Shown here: piece after piece, positions 27,783-38,808 of the stretch
Position numbering within the stretch: the first letter of the stretch is position 1
How the letters are laid out: every line of letters begins with the position of its first letter
Assembly (NCBI GenBank): GCA_020848815.1
Contig: JADLHL010000249.1
Location: 1-62,963, forward strand
Origin: Chitinophagaceae bacterium
GTDB lineage: Bacteria; Bacteroidota; Bacteroidia; Chitinophagales; Chitinophagaceae
Length of the DNA stretch: 62,963 nt
Direction of reading: 5' to 3'
Program-made: the position numbers and the translations under genes
The notes under the pieces: generated by a model
Seen by the model: the letters and a program-made list of their open reading frames with translations, nothing else
Database searches by the model: none
Told to the model about the DNA's origin: nothing

Positions 27783-30548
27783 CTATTTTTTGCCGGTCAC
27801 TTTGCGGGGCGATTCTATAGCAGCCTGTGCAGCAGCAAGGCGGGCAATAGGTACCCTGAATGGTGAACAGCTCACATAGTTCATACCAATGCGGTGGCAG
27901 AATTTCACACTCTCCGGATCGCCGCCATGCTCACCACAAATACCCACTTTGAGGTTGGCCTTGGTCATGCGGCCACGTTCGGTACCGAACTTAATGAGCT
28001 CACCAATACCATCCTGATCAATGGTCTGGAACGGATCGTCCAACAGAATTTTCTGATCGAGGTAGTTGGGCAGGAAGCCACCAATATCATCGCGGCTAAA
28101 GCCAAAGCTCATTTGCGTAAGGTCGTTGGTACCAAAGCTGAAGAAATCTGCTGCTTCGGCCATTTCCTTCGCCTTCAGGGCAGCACGTGGAATTTCAATC
28201 ATGGTGCCAAACAGGTACGGAATTTTCTTCAGGCCTGTTTTTTCGCACACTTCTTTGTACACCTGGTCTACAATCTTCCGCTGATGGTACAGTTCGTTTA
28301 CGGTACAGGTCACCGGAATCATGATTTCGGGCAATGCTTTTTTACCTTGTTTGGTCAATTCAGCAGTGGCCTCGAAAATAGCACGGATTTGCATTTCAGT
28401 AATTTCCGGATAGCTGATGCCGAGGCGTACACCACGGTGACCGAGCATCGGGTTGTTTTCGTGCAACGCCAATACTCTGCGGCGCAACACACTCATGCTA
28501 ATGCCGAGTTCTTTACTCAGGTGTGCCAGTTTTTCTTTATCGTGTGGCACAAATTCGTGCAGCGGTGGATCGAGCAGGCGAATGGTTACAGGGTGTCCCT
28601 TCATCACATTCAGCGTGTTCTTCACGTCCTTCTTCACGTATTTGAACAAATCGTTCAGTGCCGCTCTTCTTTCTTTTTCTGTTTTGCTCACAATCATTTT
28701 GCGCAGCTGAAACAGTGGCTCTTCGCTACCCTCGCCATAGAACATGTGCTCGGTACGGAACAGGCCGATACCTTCTGCGCCAAACTTGAAGGCCACGTTG
28801 GCATCTTCAGGCGTTTCAGCATTGGCACGTACACCTATTTGTTTCACCTGATCAACGAGTTTCATCAGGTCTTTGTAGCTCTGGTTTTTCTCGATGTCGA
28901 TGTCTACCAGTGGCATGCTTCCTTCGTATACTACGCCCTTGGTACCGTTGAGGCTAATCCAATCGCCTTCTTTGATGACTTCACCATTCTTGGCTTTGAA
29001 TACTTTGCTATCGGTGTGAATTTCGATATCGCCGCATCCCACAATACAGCACTTACCCCAACCACGGGCTACCAGTGCAGCATGTGATGTCATACCACCT
29101 TTGGTAGTAAGAATGGCTTGTGCTTTGTGCATACCATCCACATCTTCGGGTGACGTTTCTTCACGTACCAATATCACTTTTTCGCCTTTGGCAGCCCAGG
29201 CTACTGCATCTTCAGAAGTGAAGACTACACGGCCTTTAGCACCACCGGGGCCAGCAGGCAAACCTTTGGCAATAATGGGTTTCAGCAATTCTTCTTTGGG
29301 GTCGAGCATGGGCAGCAACAGTTCTACCAACTGATTGGGTCCTACCCGCATGATGGCCGTTTTGGCATCAATCATTTTGCTCTTGTACATTTCTGTAGCC
29401 ATGCGTACAGCGGCTACACCATTGCGCTTACCCACACGGCACTGCAGCATGTAGAGTTTTCCTTTTTCAATGGTAAACTCAATGTCCTGCATGTCTTTGT
29501 AGTGCTTTTCCAAACGCTGCTGAATGGCATCCAGTTCTTTGTACTGAATTGGCATTAGTTTTTCCAGCGTATCAAAATGTTCGCTTTGTGCATTTTTAGA
29601 ATACGCATTGATGGGTGCCGGAGTGCGGATACCAGCCACTACGTCTTCCCCTTGTGCGTTTACCAGGTACTCACCATAAAACTTGTTTTCGCCATTGCCA
29701 GGGTTGCGGGTAAATGCTACCCCTGTACAGCTGTCGTTACCTAAGTTTCCAAACACCATAGCCTGCACGTTTACAGCTGTTCCCCACTCATCAGGAATTT
29801 TTTCGATGCGGCGGTATTCAATAGCCCGCTTGCCATTCCAGCTGGCAAATACGGCACCCATACCACCCCAGAGTTGCTTCATAGGATCGTCTGGAAATTC
29901 AACGCCCAACACTTTTTTTACGGTCTTTTTATAATCGGCTACCAATGCTTTCAGTTCATCTACTGTAAGATCGGTATCGCTGGTATAACCTTGTTTGTGT
30001 TTAATAGCTTCCAGCTTTTCATCGAGTTGTTTGCGAATGCCTTTGCCCTTGGGCTCTACGCCGGCAGCTTTTTCCATTACTACATCGGCATACATCATAA
30101 TCAGACGGCGGTATGCATCGTAAGCAAAACGGGCATCGCCACTTTGAGCAATCAGCCCTTCAATGGTTTTTTCATTCAAGCCCACGTTCAATACTGTTTC
30201 CATCATACCGGGCATGCTTTTGCGGGCACCCGAACGTACAGATACCAGCAAAGGATTTTTGGCGTCGCCAAATTTTTTGCCGGTGATTTTTTCCATTTTA
30301 CCCAATGCCTCTTTCACTTGCGCATCAAGTACTTTAGGATAAGTACGCTTGTTGGCGTAGTAATAAGTGCAAACTTCTGTAGTGAGTGTAAAACCCGGTG
30401 GCACGGGCAGTTTCAGTTTTGGATTGCCTGCCATTTCAGCGAGGTTGGCACCTTTGCCACCCAGCAGGTTTTTCATGGATTCGTTTCCGTCGGCCTTGCC
30501 ACCCCCAAAGGAATAGACATACTTCATTGCCTTTTTTACTGTAGCCAT
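27783..30548 (-). CDS. ppdK: Pyruvate, phosphate dikinase
   Basis: LGGKGANLAEM, SVRSG, GGMTSHAA, GTNDLTQ and CGEHGG motifs. Confidence 0.97.
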   Translation of the reverse strand: MATVKKAMKYVYSFGGGKADGNESMKNLLGGKGANLAEMAGNPKLKLPVPPGFTLTTEVCTYYYANKRTYPKVLDAQVKEALGKMEKITGKKFGDAKNPLLVSVRSGARKSMPGMMETVLNVGLNEKTIEGLIAQSGDARFAYDAYRRLIMMYADVVMEKAAGVEPKGKGIRKQLDEKLEAIKHKQGYTSDTDLTVDELKALVADYKKTVKKVLGVEFPDDPMKQLWGGMGAVFASWNGKRAIEYRRIEKIPDEWGTAVNVQAMVFGNLGNDSCTGVAFTRNPGNGENKFYGEYLVNAQGEDVVAGIRTPAPINAYSKNAQSEHFDTLEKLMPIQYKELDAIQQRLEKHYKDMQDIEFTIEKGKLYMLQCRVGKRNGVAAVRMATEMYKSKMIDAKTAIMRVGPNQLVELLLPMLDPKEELLKPIIAKGLPAGPGGAKGRVVFTSEDAVAWAAKGEKVILVREETSPEDVDGMHKAQAILTTKGGMTSHAALVARGWGKCCIVGCGDIEIHTDSKVFKAKNGEVIKEGDWISLNGTKGVVYEGSMPLVDIDIEKNQSYKDLMKLVDQVKQIGVRANAETPEDANVAFKFGAEGIGLFRTEHMFYGEGSEEPLFQLRKMIVSKTEKERRAALNDLFKYVKKDVKNTLNVMKGHPVTIRLLDPPLHEFVPHDKEKLAHLSKELGISMSVLRRRVLALHENNPMLGHRGVRLGISYPEITEMQIRAIFEATAELTKQGKKALPEIMIPVTCTVNELYHQRKIVDQVYKEVCEKTGLKKIPYLFGTMIEIPRAALKAKEMAEAADFFSFGTNDLTQMSFGFSRDDIGGFLPNYLDQKILLDDPFQTIDQDGIGELIKFGTERGRMTKANLKVGICGEHGGDPESVKFCHRIGMNYVSCSPFRVPIARLAAAQAAIESPRKVTGKK

Positions 30549-31008
30549 TTTATAGGTATTTAGTTTGAATTGATCGGGTCTATTGCAGGCACCTGTAAGG
30601 TTTATACAATGGAATTCCGTTTAAATAAAGTTTGTGGTCGTTCTTGATTGACGATGGTAAAAATAGCTGGAGCGGGATGGTTAGAAAATGATTATTGGCA
30701 AGAGAAAACCTAACAAACATCAGGAAATGGATACGCAAACCAACAGGCTTGCTGCGATGGCGGTCAATCAATTTTGACTTGGCTACAACCGAACCACGAA
30801 ACAAATTGTTACTATAAGCAGCGTGGCAATCGGCTATTTGTTTCTGTTTAAATGAAAGGGAATTGGCGCAGAGTACCACCGTTTCTTTCCACAAAAAGTG
30901 TACAACTAATTTTGGGATATAGGAATAGTAAAAAATAAATTTGAGAGAGTTGATACCCCAATCACCTGAGTTCTTTTTACATCATCGCAACACTAAAACT
31001 TACACCAT

Positions 31009-32034
31009 TTGACTGAGACAATCATTAACCTGGAAACCGTGAATCCCATTGAATTTTTTGGGGTAAATAACGGCAAGCTGGATCTGCTGAAAAAGAAATT
31101 TCCATTGTTAAAGATCCTTGGCCGCGGGACACAAATAAAACTGAGCGGCAGTCCTGAACAGATCGAGTTTGCAAAAGAAAAGATTGGCCTTGTTGTACAA
31201 TACCTTGAACGCAACGGGCACCTGAGCGAAAATTATTTTGAAACCATTTTGGGTGGTGATGATGCTGAAACGGTGGATGCTTTTGTAGAGCGAAATCCCA
31301 ACGATGTGTTGGTGTTTGGCCCCAACGGCAAAACAGTGAGGGCCCGCACCCACAATCAAAAACGCATGGTAAGTGCGGCAGATACCAACGATATTGTATT
31401 TGCCCTTGGCCCCGCCGGTACTGGTAAAACATATACCGCTGTAGCATTAGCTGTAAGAGCTCTCAAAAACAAGTCTGTCAAAAAAATCATCCTCACCCGC
31501 CCTGCGGTAGAAGCCGGTGAAAGCCTTGGTTTTTTGCCCGGCGATCTCAAAGAAAAAATTGACCCGTACCTCCGGCCTTTGTACGATGCGCTGGACGATA
31601 TGATACCGGCAGATAAGCTTGGCTACTACATGAGCACCCGTACCATCGAAATTGCCCCGCTGGCGTACATGCGTGGCCGTACGTTGGACAATGCCTACAT
31701 CATTTTGGATGAAGCACAGAACTCCACCGACCTGCAATTGAAAATGTTTCTCACTCGTATTGGTGCCAATGCCAAAGCCATCATCACCGGCGATATGACG
31801 CAGGTAGACCTGCCCAAAAGCCAGCGTAGTGGTTTGGAAAAAGCAACCCGTATTCTCAAAAACATCAACGGCATTGCACACATTGAGCTCGATGAGGAAG
31901 ATGTGGTACGCCACCGCCTCGTAAAAGCCATCATTAAGGCCTACGATAAAGAGAAAGAAAAAGAAAATGCGGAAGAAGAAGCGTATCAGGCGCAGCGAAA
32001 AGAATATTTTCGCAACCGTGATAAGCCGCAATAA
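31009..32034 (+). CDS. phoH: PhoH family ATPase
   Basis: GPAGTGKT, RPAVEAGE, MRGRTL and DEAQN motifs. TTG start, with TAAATTTG at 30936-30943. Confidence 0.93.
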   Translation: MTETIINLETVNPIEFFGVNNGKLDLLKKKFPLLKILGRGTQIKLSGSPEQIEFAKEKIGLVVQYLERNGHLSENYFETILGGDDAETVDAFVERNPNDVLVFGPNGKTVRARTHNQKRMVSAADTNDIVFALGPAGTGKTYTAVALAVRALKNKSVKKIILTRPAVEAGESLGFLPGDLKEKIDPYLRPLYDALDDMIPADKLGYYMSTRTIEIAPLAYMRGRTLDNAYIILDEAQNSTDLQLKMFLTRIGANAKAIITGDMTQVDLPKSQRSGLEKATRILKNINGIAHIELDEEDVVRHRLVKAIIKAYDKEKEKENAEEEAYQAQRKEYFRNRDKPQ

Positions 32035-32041
32035 ATATTCA

Positions 32042-32722
32042 ATGATATTGACAAACACAAAAAAGAGATGGTACCTGTTGCCATCTCTTTTTTTGCTGTG
32101 TTGGAGTTGCCAGTTTTCTGTTACGCCACAGCCGGATAGCCAGCAGATTGATGCGCTGTCTTTTCAAGTTAAAAGACTGCAGCAATACGATTCCGTTATT
32201 TATCCCATACTTATACATCAGGTACAAACAGGTGATATGGTACTGCGCTCCGGCAGCGATATGACCAGCGAGATGCTACGCCAAATGAACCAAACAGACA
32301 AACGCTACAGCCATTGCGGCATTGCCAGCATCGAAAATGATACAGTATTTGTGTACCATGCTATTGGTGGTGAGTTCAATCCAGACCAACGCATCAAAAG
32401 AGAGCCTTTGTACTCCTTTTGCCATGCTGCAGATAACAAGGCTGCTGCTATTTTCAGGCCACAGTTTCCGGCATCAAAAAATAGGGTCATTGCTACTCAG
32501 GCCAATCACTTTTGGCTACAGGGCATTCCCTTCGATATGGCTTTTGATTATCACACAGAAGACCGTTTTTACTGTGCCGAATTTGTTGCTAAAACCATTG
32601 CACGGGCAGTGGCAGACAGCAGCTGGTTCACATTTTCAACTGCAGGTAAAATGCAGTATGTGGGTGTCGATAATCTTTTATTGTCGCCGGTGATGAAAAC
32701 TGTGGTGGAGAAAAACTATTAA
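32042..32722 (+). CDS. YiiX/YebB-like permuted papain-like (NlpC/P60) lipoprotein
   Basis: Lipobox-like LCWSC, then QTGD, YSHCGI, VYHA and FYCAEFV (His precedes Cys). Confidence 0.8.
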   Translation: MILTNTKKRWYLLPSLFLLCWSCQFSVTPQPDSQQIDALSFQVKRLQQYDSVIYPILIHQVQTGDMVLRSGSDMTSEMLRQMNQTDKRYSHCGIASIENDTVFVYHAIGGEFNPDQRIKREPLYSFCHAADNKAAAIFRPQFPASKNRVIATQANHFWLQGIPFDMAFDYHTEDRFYCAEFVAKTIARAVADSSWFTFSTAGKMQYVGVDNLLLSPVMKTVVEKNY

Positions 32723-32815
32723 TAGCCCTATCTTTTTTTATACAAAACTGTTTTACACAAAACGGCCCCCTACATTTGTTGACCATTAATCCAATCATTC
32801 TCCAAAACATTCTTA

Positions 32816-33349
32816 ATGAAAAAAACACTCCTCCCCCTGTTGGCAATCGTAATGCTGGCACTGGCAGCTTGCTCTGGTGGCTCTGGCGATCCAAAATCTG
32901 TTGCAAAAAAATTCTTCGAAGCGTTCAAAACCATGGACATTGACGAAGCAGCTAAATATGCCACCAAAGACAGCAAGCAAATGCTGGATATGATGAAAAT
33001 GGGTATGAGCTTTGCACCAGTAAACAAAGACAGCCTGAAGCAGGAAATGGCGAAGCAAAAAATTGAATATGGCGATGCCGTTATCAATGGCGATGAAGCA
33101 ACCATCAGCGTAACAGTAGATGGCAAAGACAAGACAGACTTTAAATTGAAAAAAGAAGAAGGTGCCTGGAAAGTAGCGTTTGATAAAAACACGCTGATGA
33201 AAACCGGCATGGAAAAAATGCAACAAAAGGGCGCCTCTGCAGAAGAAATGGAAGACGCTCAAAAAGCAATGGATATGCTCAGCGGCGACTCATTGAAACA
33301 AGTAATGGAAGAAGCCGGCGATGTGCTGGACTCCATGAAGATGAAGTAA
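32816..33349 (+). CDS. Lipoprotein, DUF4878-like
   Basis: LAAC lipobox, P..VAKKFFEA and KLKKEEGAWKV pattern. Confidence 0.7.
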   Translation: MKKTLLPLLAIVMLALAACSGGSGDPKSVAKKFFEAFKTMDIDEAAKYATKDSKQMLDMMKMGMSFAPVNKDSLKQEMAKQKIEYGDAVINGDEATISVTVDGKDKTDFKLKKEEGAWKVAFDKNTLMKTGMEKMQQKGASAEEMEDAQKAMDMLSGDSLKQVMEEAGDVLDSMKMK

Positions 33350-33360
33350 TGCTGTCGTAA

Positions 33361-33400
33361 ATAAAAAAGGGTGGATTCTTGTGAATCCACCCTTTTTTAT
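33361..33400. terminator. Bidirectional terminator
   Basis: Perfect ATAAAAAAGGGTGGATTC/GAATCCACCCTTTTTTAT inverted repeat. Confidence 0.9.
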
Positions 33401-33415
33401 TTGGTGCCTTTCGGC

Positions 33416-34246
33416 TTAATAGTAATTGGAAACCAAATGGCTGTTGGCCTTCTCTGCAGCTTCAATAGCCGTAAAGGAACTCAGTAAATCAGCCTTGTCT
33501 TTTTGAATGCAAATGCTGTGCTCATAATGAGCCGCCGCTTTACCATCCTTGGTTCTGATGGTCCAGCCGTCTTCATCGGTATACACCTCTTTTTTACCTT
33601 GGTTTACCATAGGTTCTATGGCTATGGTCATACCCACTTGCAACTTACTGCCGGTACCTCTTTTGCCAAAATTGGGCACCTGAGGATCTTCGTGCAGTTG
33701 CCTGCCAATGCCATGCCCAACCAACTCACGTACAACGCCGTACGGATGCTGACGTTCTGCATAATCTTGAATCGCAAAAGCAACATCTCCAATACGATTG
33801 CCGGCTCTTGCCTTCTCTATGCCCTTGTACAAAGACTCCTTGGTTACTTTCATCAATGTGAGGGCTTCGGGGTCGGCCTCAGCTATAGCAAAAGTGTAGG
33901 CACTGTCGCCGTGAAATCCATTTTTAAATACCCCGCAGTCAATGGTAATAATATCACCGGGCTGCAATGCTCTGTTGTCGGGAAAACCATGCACCACGGC
34001 ATCATTTACACTAATGCAGGTATTGTAAGGAAAACCATGATAGTTAAGAAAGCTGGGAATACCACCATGATCTCTGATGTATTGACCAGCTATTACATCA
34101 AGCTGTAGTGTAGTAACACCGGGCTTTATCATTTCCGCCAAAACAGCTATGGTATCTCCTACTAACAAATTGCTTTGCCGCATCAATTCAATCTCTGCAG
34201 CATTTTTCAGTTGAATCACTTCTTTATACTTTTTAAACAGGCTCAT
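33416..34246 (-). CDS. map: Methionine aminopeptidase type I
   Basis: CISVND.VVHG, GHGIG..LHE.P and AIEPM motifs. Confidence 0.96.
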   Translation of the reverse strand: MSLFKKYKEVIQLKNAAEIELMRQSNLLVGDTIAVLAEMIKPGVTTLQLDVIAGQYIRDHGGIPSFLNYHGFPYNTCISVNDAVVHGFPDNRALQPGDIITIDCGVFKNGFHGDSAYTFAIAEADPEALTLMKVTKESLYKGIEKARAGNRIGDVAFAIQDYAERQHPYGVVRELVGHGIGRQLHEDPQVPNFGKRGTGSKLQVGMTIAIEPMVNQGKKEVYTDEDGWTIRTKDGKAAAHYEHSICIQKDKADLLSSFTAIEAAEKANSHLVSNYY

Positions 34247-34297
34247 AAAGGATGCAAAGAAACAAATGCTTTATGAGGAACCTCGTAATAAAACAAT

Positions 34298-34328
34298 AAA
34301 AAATACCTGCCCATAAAGACAGGTATTT
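34298..34328 (-). terminator. Terminator between secY and map
   Basis: AAATACCTG..CAGGTATTTTTT on the minus strand. Confidence 0.65.
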
Positions 34329-34353
34329 CTATTGTACATTAATAACAAATCAA

Positions 34354-35691
34354 TTATCCGATTGGAGAGCTGCTTACAGCCTGACGGCCCTGAATGCGGC
34401 CACCGCTCATTAAACCATCGTACTGGCGCATCAGCAAGTGTGTTTCAATTTGCTGCAGTGTATCGAGGATAACCCCCACCATGATGAGCAGGCTGGTACC
34501 ACCGAAGAAGCTACTGAAACCAGCGGTAACACCGAGTTTCTGAGCCACGCCAGGCAAAATACCTACAAAGGCAAGCAGCAATGCACCAGGCAGGGTCACC
34601 TTATCCATTACAGAACCAATGTAATCTGCAGTAGGCTGACCGGGTTTTACACCAGGTATAAAACCGTTATTGCGCTTCAGGTCTTCTGCAATTTGCTTGG
34701 GGTTGAAAATAATGGCCGTGTAGAGGTAAGTAAAACCAATAACCAGCACACTGTATATGAGCATGTACCAACCGTTGCTGTGGTCATTCAAAATCTTCAT
34801 AAATCCACCAGTCGTATCGAACTTAGCAAAAATGGTAGGAATGAAAATGATAGCCTGTGCAAAGATGATTGGCATTACACCGGCACTGTTTACCTTGATA
34901 GGCAAGAACTGACGGGCACCGCCAAACTGCTTGTTGCCAACAATTTGCTTGGCATAGTTGATAGCAATTTTGCGTACACCTTGTACCAATACTATCAGGC
35001 CCATGATGATCATAATGAGAATAGCAATCTCAATGATGAAAACGAGCATACCACCACCGCCTTTGGTATTGAGCGAAGTAAATTCTTGTACAAAGCTTTG
35101 TGGCAATCGGGCCAGGATACCCACCATGATGATGAGTGAAGTACCGTTACCCAAACCTTTGTCGGTAATTTTTTCGCCCAACCACATTACAAACAGAGTA
35201 CCTGCTGTAAGCAACACAATAGTGCTAAACAAGAAGTAAGGCTCGTATGCAGGAATGAGTGCCTCTTTGTAACCGGGGCTCTGCAAATAAGTGATATAAG
35301 CACCAGCCTGAAACACTGTAACAATTACAGTGAGGTAGCGGGTCCATTGGTTAATTTTCTTACGGCCACTTTCTCCCTCTTTCTGAATTTTCTGAAATTG
35401 GGGAACCAAAATGGTAACCAACTGCATGAAAATTGAAGCAGAGATATAAGGCATAATACCCAGTGCCAAAATAGATGCCTGAGAGAAGGCGCCACCAGCA
35501 AACTGGTCGAACAGGCCAAGCAATCCAGAAGCTTTACCCTTTACGGCATCCAATGCGTTAGGATCGATACCAGGTAAAACGATGTGCGTACCCAAACGAT
35601 AAGTGACCAGCAAAAGCAGCGTTACAATAATCTTTTGCTTCAGCTCGTCAATCGTCCAGATATTCTTTAGTGTTTCAAAAAATTTCTTCAC
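34354..35691 (-). CDS. secY: Preprotein translocase SecY
   Basis: ALGIMPYISASI, GNGTSLII, IPGVKPG and FGGTSLLI motifs. GTG start. Confidence 0.98.
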   Translation of the reverse strand: MKKFFETLKNIWTIDELKQKIIVTLLLLVTYRLGTHIVLPGIDPNALDAVKGKASGLLGLFDQFAGGAFSQASILALGIMPYISASIFMQLVTILVPQFQKIQKEGESGRKKINQWTRYLTVIVTVFQAGAYITYLQSPGYKEALIPAYEPYFLFSTIVLLTAGTLFVMWLGEKITDKGLGNGTSLIIMVGILARLPQSFVQEFTSLNTKGGGGMLVFIIEIAILIMIIMGLIVLVQGVRKIAINYAKQIVGNKQFGGARQFLPIKVNSAGVMPIIFAQAIIFIPTIFAKFDTTGGFMKILNDHSNGWYMLIYSVLVIGFTYLYTAIIFNPKQIAEDLKRNNGFIPGVKPGQPTADYIGSVMDKVTLPGALLLAFVGILPGVAQKLGVTAGFSSFFGGTSLLIMVGVILDTLQQIETHLLMRQYDGLMSGGRIQGRQAVSSSPIG

Positions 35692-35716
35692 GGAATTCAG
35701 TCAATTTAAAGGGCCT

Positions 35717-35763
35717 CAAATGTAGGTAAAACAAGAGTTCCTTTCGATGTTGCGAAAGGAACT
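35717..35763 (-). promoter_or_regulatory. Terminator-like hairpin after rplO followed by secY-specific -7 element
   Basis: AGTTCCTTTCG/CGAAAGGAACT stem at 35736-35763. TACATTTG at 35724-35717. Confidence 0.6.
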
Positions 35764-35777
35764 TTTGCACTGCCCGA

Positions 35778-36227
35778 TTACTTCAGAATTTCAACAGTAC
35801 CACCCGCAGCTTCAATAGCAGCTTTTGCTTTTGCGCTGATAGCGTTTACTTTGAAATCAATCTTGCTTTTCAATTCGCCGGTGCCCAATACTTTTACCAA
35901 AGCTGATTGGTTTACCAACCCGTTGATGTACAAATTATCGAGGCTGAATTCTTTCAGTTCATATTTTTCAACCAGCTGGTCTACCTGACCAAGATTGAAA
36001 ACAGTGTAAGATACGCGGTGCGGGTTTTTAAAACCACGCTTAGGAATACGACGCTGGATAGGCATCTGACCACCTTCGTGAGCCATTTTGCTGGCGTAAC
36101 CGGCACGCTGCTGCTGACCTTTGTTACCCTTGGTAGAAGTACCACCTTTACCAGATGCTTCACCACGACCTAAACGTTTTTCACTGTGCGTACTGCCTTC
36201 GGCAGGCTTCAAATTGTGCAGTTTCAT
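35778..36227 (-). CDS. rplO: 50S ribosomal protein L15
   Basis: RLGRG..SGKG and EGGQMP..RRIPKRGF motifs. Confidence 0.98.
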   Translation of the reverse strand: MKLHNLKPAEGSTHSEKRLGRGEASGKGGTSTKGNKGQQQRAGYASKMAHEGGQMPIQRRIPKRGFKNPHRVSYTVFNLGQVDQLVEKYELKEFSLDNLYINGLVNQSALVKVLGTGELKSKIDFKVNAISAKAKAAIEAAGGTVEILK

Positions 36228-36349
36228 AGACTACGAGTTTTTACTTACGGGGTTTGCTCCCCTCGCTTAAAAATGAGAATAATGAAATTCCAAATCCCAA
36301 CACATCATCAGAAGATTGGAATTTGGAATTGAAAATGATTGATGCGAAA

Positions 36350-36538
36350 TTAGGCTTGCGCTACGTCTTCCACCTTTACCAGGTGCAATACTTTTTCTAC
36401 CATACCCAGAATTTGTGGGGTGGCTTCTTTTTCTACAGTAGCGTTCATCTTGCGCAGTCCGAGAGCTTCCATTGTTTTCTTCTGGCGCTCCGGGCGGTCG
36501 ATCACACTTTTAACCTGAGTGATTTTGATCTTCTTCAT
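36350..36538 (-). CDS. rpmD: 50S ribosomal protein L30
   Basis: [14 protein letters not shown] motif and gene position. Confidence 0.97.
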   Translation of the reverse strand: MKKIKITQVKSVIDRPERQKKTMEALGLRKMNATVEKEATPQILGMVEKVLHLVKVEDVAQA

Positions 36539-36625
36539 CGTTATGAGGTTTGAAGTTTAAGGTTTGAAGTTTGAGGTTATGCTATCCGTAGATCTCAAAA
36601 CATCGGGCATCAAACAGCAAACTAA

Positions 36626-37144
36626 TTATCCGTTGAATACTTTTTTCAGAGAAACGGTACGTGTTTTAGCCACCTGAATTGGCTCACGTAAAGTAGCCAG
36701 TGCGGTAAATGTAGCTTTAACCACGTTGTGAGGATTGGCAGAACCAAGACTCTTAGCCAATACGTCGGTAATACCTGCACTTTCCAACACGGAACGCATG
36801 CTACCTCCGGCAATTACACCTGTACCATGAGCAGCTGGCTTCAGCAAAACTTTAGCAGCGCCTTCTTTTACAAATTGTTCGTGGGGGATAGTGCCGTGCA
36901 TTACAGGTACTTTCACCAGGTTCTTCTTAGCATCTTCAATGCCTTTGGTGATTGCTTCCTGTACTTCTTTAGCCTTACCCAAGCCATGACCTACCACACC
37001 ATTTTCGTTGCCTACCACCACCAGGGCTGAGAAGCTGAAAGTGCGGCCACCCTTGGTGGTCTTTACAACACGGTTAATAGCTACAACCTTTTCTTTCAGT
37101 TCGAGGTCGCCGGCTTTTACGCGGTTTACGATAGCTTTTGCCAT
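36626..37144 (-). CDS. rpsE: 30S ribosomal protein S5
   Basis: [12 protein letters not shown] and GTGVIAGG motifs. Confidence 0.98.
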   Translation of the reverse strand: MAKAIVNRVKAGDLELKEKVVAINRVVKTTKGGRTFSFSALVVVGNENGVVGHGLGKAKEVQEAITKGIEDAKKNLVKVPVMHGTIPHEQFVKEGAAKVLLKPAAHGTGVIAGGSMRSVLESAGITDVLAKSLGSANPHNVVKATFTALATLREPIQVAKTRTVSLKKVFNG

Positions 37145-37225
37145 TTTTATTTTTCAATTGAGCCTGCAAGCAGGCAAGATTTACGATTGTTGAATGCTGA
37201 TCGTTTAAATGAAAATCCTGTACAA

Positions 37226-37579
37226 TTACAGAACCAGGCCACCTTCACGGGCACCATCGGCTACTGCCTTAATGCGGCCGTGGTACAAGAAACCACCACG
37301 ATCAAATACACAGGTAGTGATGCCTAATTCTGCAGCTTTGCGGGCAATAGCATTGCCTACCAATTTGCTTTTTTCAGACTTGGTCACCTTTTGTGCAGCG
37401 ATGTCCTTATCGCGGCTGCTGGCAGCTGCGAGTGTGGTGCCATTAGCATCATCTATCAGCTGGCAGTAAATATCTGCATTGCTGCGAAATACGCTCAGGC
37501 GAGGCTTGGCAGCGCTACCGATGATTCTCTTACGAATGCGGTAGTGGATTTTCTTTCTTGAAAGTACTTTCTTATCCAT
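37226..37579 (-). CDS. rplR: 50S ribosomal protein L18
   Basis: PRLSVFRSN and FDRGGFLYHGR motifs. Start refined to MDKK. Confidence 0.97.
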   Translation of the reverse strand: MDKKVLSRKKIHYRIRKRIIGSAAKPRLSVFRSNADIYCQLIDDANGTTLAAASSRDKDIAAQKVTKSEKSKLVGNAIARKAAELGITTCVFDRGGFLYHGRIKAVADGAREGGLVL

Positions 37580-37648
37580 TTTATATCCTCCGGCTCCGGG
37601 GAGCACTATTTTCTTTGAAATCAGATTTTAAAAAGCGGTTACCGATGA

Positions 37649-38203
37649 TTATTTACCAGCAGATTTACCAGCCTTCTTACGAACCACTTCGCCAGCAAAG
37701 CGAACACCCTTGCCTTTGTAAGGCTCCGGCTTACGCAGGCTGCGGATTTTGGCACATACCTGACCCAACAGCTGATTGTCGGTACCTTCAATCACAATCT
37801 CCGGGTTTTTACCTTTTTCCTGAGCAGTGGTTACTTTCAACTCTTTAGGAATTTCAATAATGATGTTGTGCGAGTAGCCCAACGCCAAATCAAGAATATT
37901 TCCAGTGTTAGAAGCTTTGTAACCTACACCTACCAGTTCCATTTTCTTAATGAATCCTTCTGTTACACCTTTTACCATGTTGGCAATAAGGGCACGGTAC
38001 AAGCCATGCAGTGCACGGTGGCGGATTTGATCGGTAGGACGACCTACTGTCAGTGTGGCATCAGTAATTTCTACATGAATGTCACGATCCAAGGTTTGCT
38101 TCAATTCGCCTTTGGGGCCTTTTACGGTAACGGTGTTATCTCCACTTACTGTGATAGTAACACCAGCGGGGATTGTTACCGGTTTTTTTCCTACACGAGA
38201 CAT
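37649..38203 (-). CDS. rplF: 50S ribosomal protein L6
   Basis: MSRVGK and PEPYKGKG motifs. Confidence 0.98.
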   Translation of the reverse strand: MSRVGKKPVTIPAGVTITVSGDNTVTVKGPKGELKQTLDRDIHVEITDATLTVGRPTDQIRHRALHGLYRALIANMVKGVTEGFIKKMELVGVGYKASNTGNILDLALGYSHNIIIEIPKELKVTTAQEKGKNPEIVIEGTDNQLLGQVCAKIRSLRKPEPYKGKGVRFAGEVVRKKAGKSAGK

Positions 38204-38299
38204 AGTCGTTGTTGTGTTTAAATATGTGAATCAAATGAGTGGCATGCGTTCAGCCCCGACTAAAAGGCTTAAATAAACAAACCGCCCGAATACAATCAA

Positions 38300-38698
38300 T
38301 TAATAAATGTGACACAAGATTTCGCCACCTACATTCTGAGCTTTGGCTTCTTTGTCGGTCATTACACCTTTAGAAGTGCTCACAATGGCAATACCCAAAC
38401 CATTCATTACACGCTTAAAGTCGGCAGGCTTAGCGTACTGACGCAGACCTGGGCGGCTTATACGCTCCAAAGAAGCGATAGCGGGTTGCTTAGTATTAGG
38501 ATCGTATTTCAATGCGATCTTGATAACACCTTGCTTGTTGTCATCTTCAAATTTGTACTTCAGGATATAACCCTTTTCGTACAAAATTTCAGTCATACGC
38601 TTCTTCAGGTTAGAAGCGGGGATTTCCACGATGCGGTGGTTGGCCATTTGAGCATTCCGAATACGAGTCAGAAAGTCTGCTATAGGATCAGTTACCAT
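38300..38698 (-). CDS. rpsH: 30S ribosomal protein S8
   Basis: [13 protein letters not shown] and SRPGLR motifs. Confidence 0.98.
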   Translation of the reverse strand: MVTDPIADFLTRIRNAQMANHRIVEIPASNLKKRMTEILYEKGYILKYKFEDDNKQGVIKIALKYDPNTKQPAIASLERISRPGLRQYAKPADFKRVMNGLGIAIVSTSKGVMTDKEAKAQNVGGEILCHIY

Positions 38699-38808
38699 AT
38701 GATTTCCCTCCTACATTCCGGCTCCCGAAAACTTCGGGACGGAATAATTGGATTTTAGTTTAAAATGAATTGAATGAAGTTGCTTGCTTGTGGCTATTGC
38801 CGTAGCAA

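Noticed and set aside
27894-29087. 397-aa ORF antisense to ppdK (likewise 53207-54415 opposite fusA, 34438-35139 opposite secY, 20722-21564 and many shorter ones)
   Set aside because: These are shadow ORFs of strongly codon-biased genes, with no recognisable motifs.
30580-30894. 104-aa ORF upstream of ppdK
   Set aside because: Non-ATG start, atypical composition and no motif. It occupies the divergent ppdK/phoH promoter region.
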